Positions 61,583 through 64,000 of a stretch of 64,000 nt of DNA are shown here, in pieces. The translations under genes were made by a program, and so were the position numbers. Location of the stretch: positions 115,320,001-115,384,000 of the forward strand of contig OX597818.1 in the NCBI GenBank assembly GCA_951406725.2, in the 5' to 3' direction. Positions within the stretch are counted from its first letter, which is position 1; each line of letters begins with the position of its first letter. The notes beneath the pieces were generated by a model. That model did not search any database and was not told the origin of the DNA. It saw only the letters and a program-made list of their open reading frames with translations. The stretch comes from Octopus vulgaris. Taxonomy: Eukaryota.

Positions 61583-62323
61583 CTATGTCCATCAAAACTC
61601 CATAGTATCGTCCATTGGTAAGAAATTCCGTTTATGCCAGAGAGAAGATCAATCTAATAGGATTAGCATCCAAATCTTTCTCAAGATTCCGTTACCAAAA
61701 TTACAAGGTGGCCCAAAAGTAGGTTTACAGTTATCACATAGGCACCTTAAATTTCTTTTAAAACATTCCGTTATATTTAAATTTCTATCTTACAATTAAC
61801 TAAATTAGCATGTGTCATATCATTACCAGTGCCGTCTGACTGGTCCTGTGTCGGTGGCACATAAAAAGCACCATTCGAGCTTGGTCGTTGCCAGTACAGC
61901 TTGACTGGCCCCTGTGCCAGTGGCATGTAAAAAGCACCCACTACACTCTCGGAGTGGTTGGCACTAGGAAGGGCATCCAGTTGTAGATTGGATTGGAGCC
62001 TGGTGCAGCCATCTGGCTCACCAGTCCCCTGTCAAACCGTCCAACCCATGCCAGCATAGAAAACAGATGTTAAATGATATTTTTTTCATAATTAAGATCT
62101 AAAATGTTAATATATGAATGTGAAAGAGAGAGTTGAATAACTAAACCTACTTTTGGGCCACCCTGTATATATAGGCATGGCTGTGTGATAAGTTCCTGAC
62201 CACATGGTACAGGGTTCTGTCCCATTGCATGGCATTTTGGGCAAGTGTCTTCTATAATCTCAGGTCGACCAAATACTTGTGGTTTTAGTAGACAAAAACT
62301 GAAAGAAGGCCATCCTGTGTGTA

Positions 62324-62540
62324 TTGGTACATAATTATTGCGGATTTTATTCAACAATAATATTTAATATAAACATCTTTAAATGACAGTCTGACTGTCT
62401 GCCAAGCAAATGGGAAGCAGTAATTGAAGTAGATGGTGAATATGCTCTGGAATAATCATTTAAAGATGCTTTTGTTAAATATTTATTTTGTTGAATAAAA
62501 TTTGTTGAAAAGAAGCCGCAATAATTATGCACCATCCCAA
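62324..62540. mobile_element. mariner-derived MITE
   Basis: Same family as 5311-5560. Confidence 0.8.
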
Positions 62541-62549
62541 TATATAAAA

Positions 62550-63135
62550 TTAAGGCAGCAAGCTGGCAGAAACGTTAGCATGCTGAGTGAAATGCTTAGC
62601 GGTATTTCATCTGCCGTTTTGACTTCATCTGTCTTTACGTTCTGAGTTCAAATTCCGCCGAGGTCGACCATGCCTTTCATCCTTTCGGGGTCGATTAAAT
62701 AAGTACCAGTTACACACTGGGATTGATATAATCGACTTAATCCGTTTGTCCTTTCTGTGTTTGGCCCCTTGCGGGAAGTAAAGAAATAGGTATTTCATCT
62801 GCCGTTACGTTCTGAGTTCAAATTCCGCCGATGTTGACATCCTTTCGGGGTCGATTAAATAAGTACCAGTTATGCACTGGGGTCGATGTCATCGACTTAA
62901 TCCCTTTGTTTAGCCCCTTGTGAGCAATAAAGAAATAAACATTAGCACACCAAGTGAAATGCTTAACAGTATTTCACTTGCCATTACATTCTGAGTTGAA
63001 ATTCCACTCAGATTGACTTTGCCTTTCATCTTTTGATGTCAATGAAATAAGTACCAGTTGCGTACTGGGTTGATCTAATTGACTGCCCCCTACCTCCCCC
63101 AAAATTTTGGGCCTTGTGCCTACAGTAGAAAAGAT
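62550..63135 (+). mobile_element. Tandem SINE family B copies
   Basis: Three GTTCTGAGTTCAAATTCCGCCGA-type units. Confidence 0.8.
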
Positions 63136-63154
63136 TATTATATATATATATATA

Positions 63155-63354
63155 TTGGGTTGGTGCATAATTATTGCAGCTTTTTTCAACAATAACAATA
63201 AGAATATTTAACAAAAACATCTTTAAATGACGGTCTGATAGTCTGCCAAGCAAATGGGAAGCAGTAATTGAAGTTGATGGTGAATATGCTCCAGAATAAT
63301 CATTTAAAGATGTTTTTGTTGAAAAAATGCCGCAATAATTATGCACCAACCCAA
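63155..63354. mobile_element. mariner-derived MITE
   Basis: TIRs TTGGGTTGGTGCATAATTATTGC / GCAATAATTATGCACCAACCCAA, preceded by TA. Confidence 0.85.
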
Positions 63355-64000
63355 TGTTATAATCATCATCACTGCTTGACTGATAGACTAAGTACCAAGC
63401 TGAGAATAAAAAGAAGTAAATGGGGCTTAATCCATTCGAGTACAAGTCCAAGGTGGTTCCCCAGCAGATAAAAGATAGACATTAAATTTATATTATAGTT
63501 CCTATATGCACTTCACCATTATGGATATTTGGTTTGCAATGGATGCTCAAGCATAATAAATCCTCAGAGAACACTTTATTATATATTTCCTGGGGAACCA
63601 TTGTGGTTGAACAGTTATCACAAGGTTCCAAACCACCATAAGGGAGAAAGTGCATTTTGGAGCTATTATGTTTTTCCTTCTTACTCCTACATTCGCTCTA
63701 CAGTTCATAACTAGTTATTATTCAATATGGAATTTACTTAACAAGCACCATTCAAGCATGGTGGATGCCAGTGCTGCATGACAGGTCCTGTGCTGGTAGC
63801 ACATAAAAAGTACCATTCGAGCATGGTTGTTGCCAACACTGCCTGACCAGCTCCCATGCTGGTAGCACATAAAAAGCACCACTCAAGTGCGGTCTTTACC
63901 AGTGCTGCCTAACCGGCTCTCGTGATGGTAGCATGTAAAAAGCAGCATTCAAGCATGGTAGCTGCCAGTGCTGGTAGCACATAAAAAGCACCATTTGAGC

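Noticed and set aside
63745-64000. Regularly spaced GGTAGCACATAAAAAGCACC repeats resembling a CRISPR array
   Set aside because: Spacers are homologous to one another, there are no cas genes, and the context is eukaryotic; these are internal tandem units of repeat family D

Overview
Repeat-rich, AT-rich eukaryotic (animal) genomic DNA. The SINE families and microsatellite load suggest an octopus/coleoid cephalopod; this is inferred, not shown. Two spliced protein-coding genes are supported. (1) A minus-strand two-exon rhodopsin-class GPCR with an NRY motif, melatonin-receptor-like: 16183-15850 + 6769-5835, 422 aa. (2) A plus-strand 7-exon tRNA m1G9 methyltransferase TRMT10A: 44960-61448, 320 aa, with exon 6 present twice in tandem. 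The rest is tRNA-derived SINEs, decayed LINEs (CR1/L2-like, RTE, R4/Dong-like, Tx1-like), mariner/pogo/hAT/Helitron relics and microsatellites. The most unusual signal is a set of non-coding, (TA)n-embedded, partly tandem and inverted elements carrying hammerhead-ribozyme motifs (Penelope pLTR/retrozyme-like). The best example is a ~506-bp-arm near-perfect palindrome in the GPCR intron, with an apparently intact type I hammerhead on each strand.
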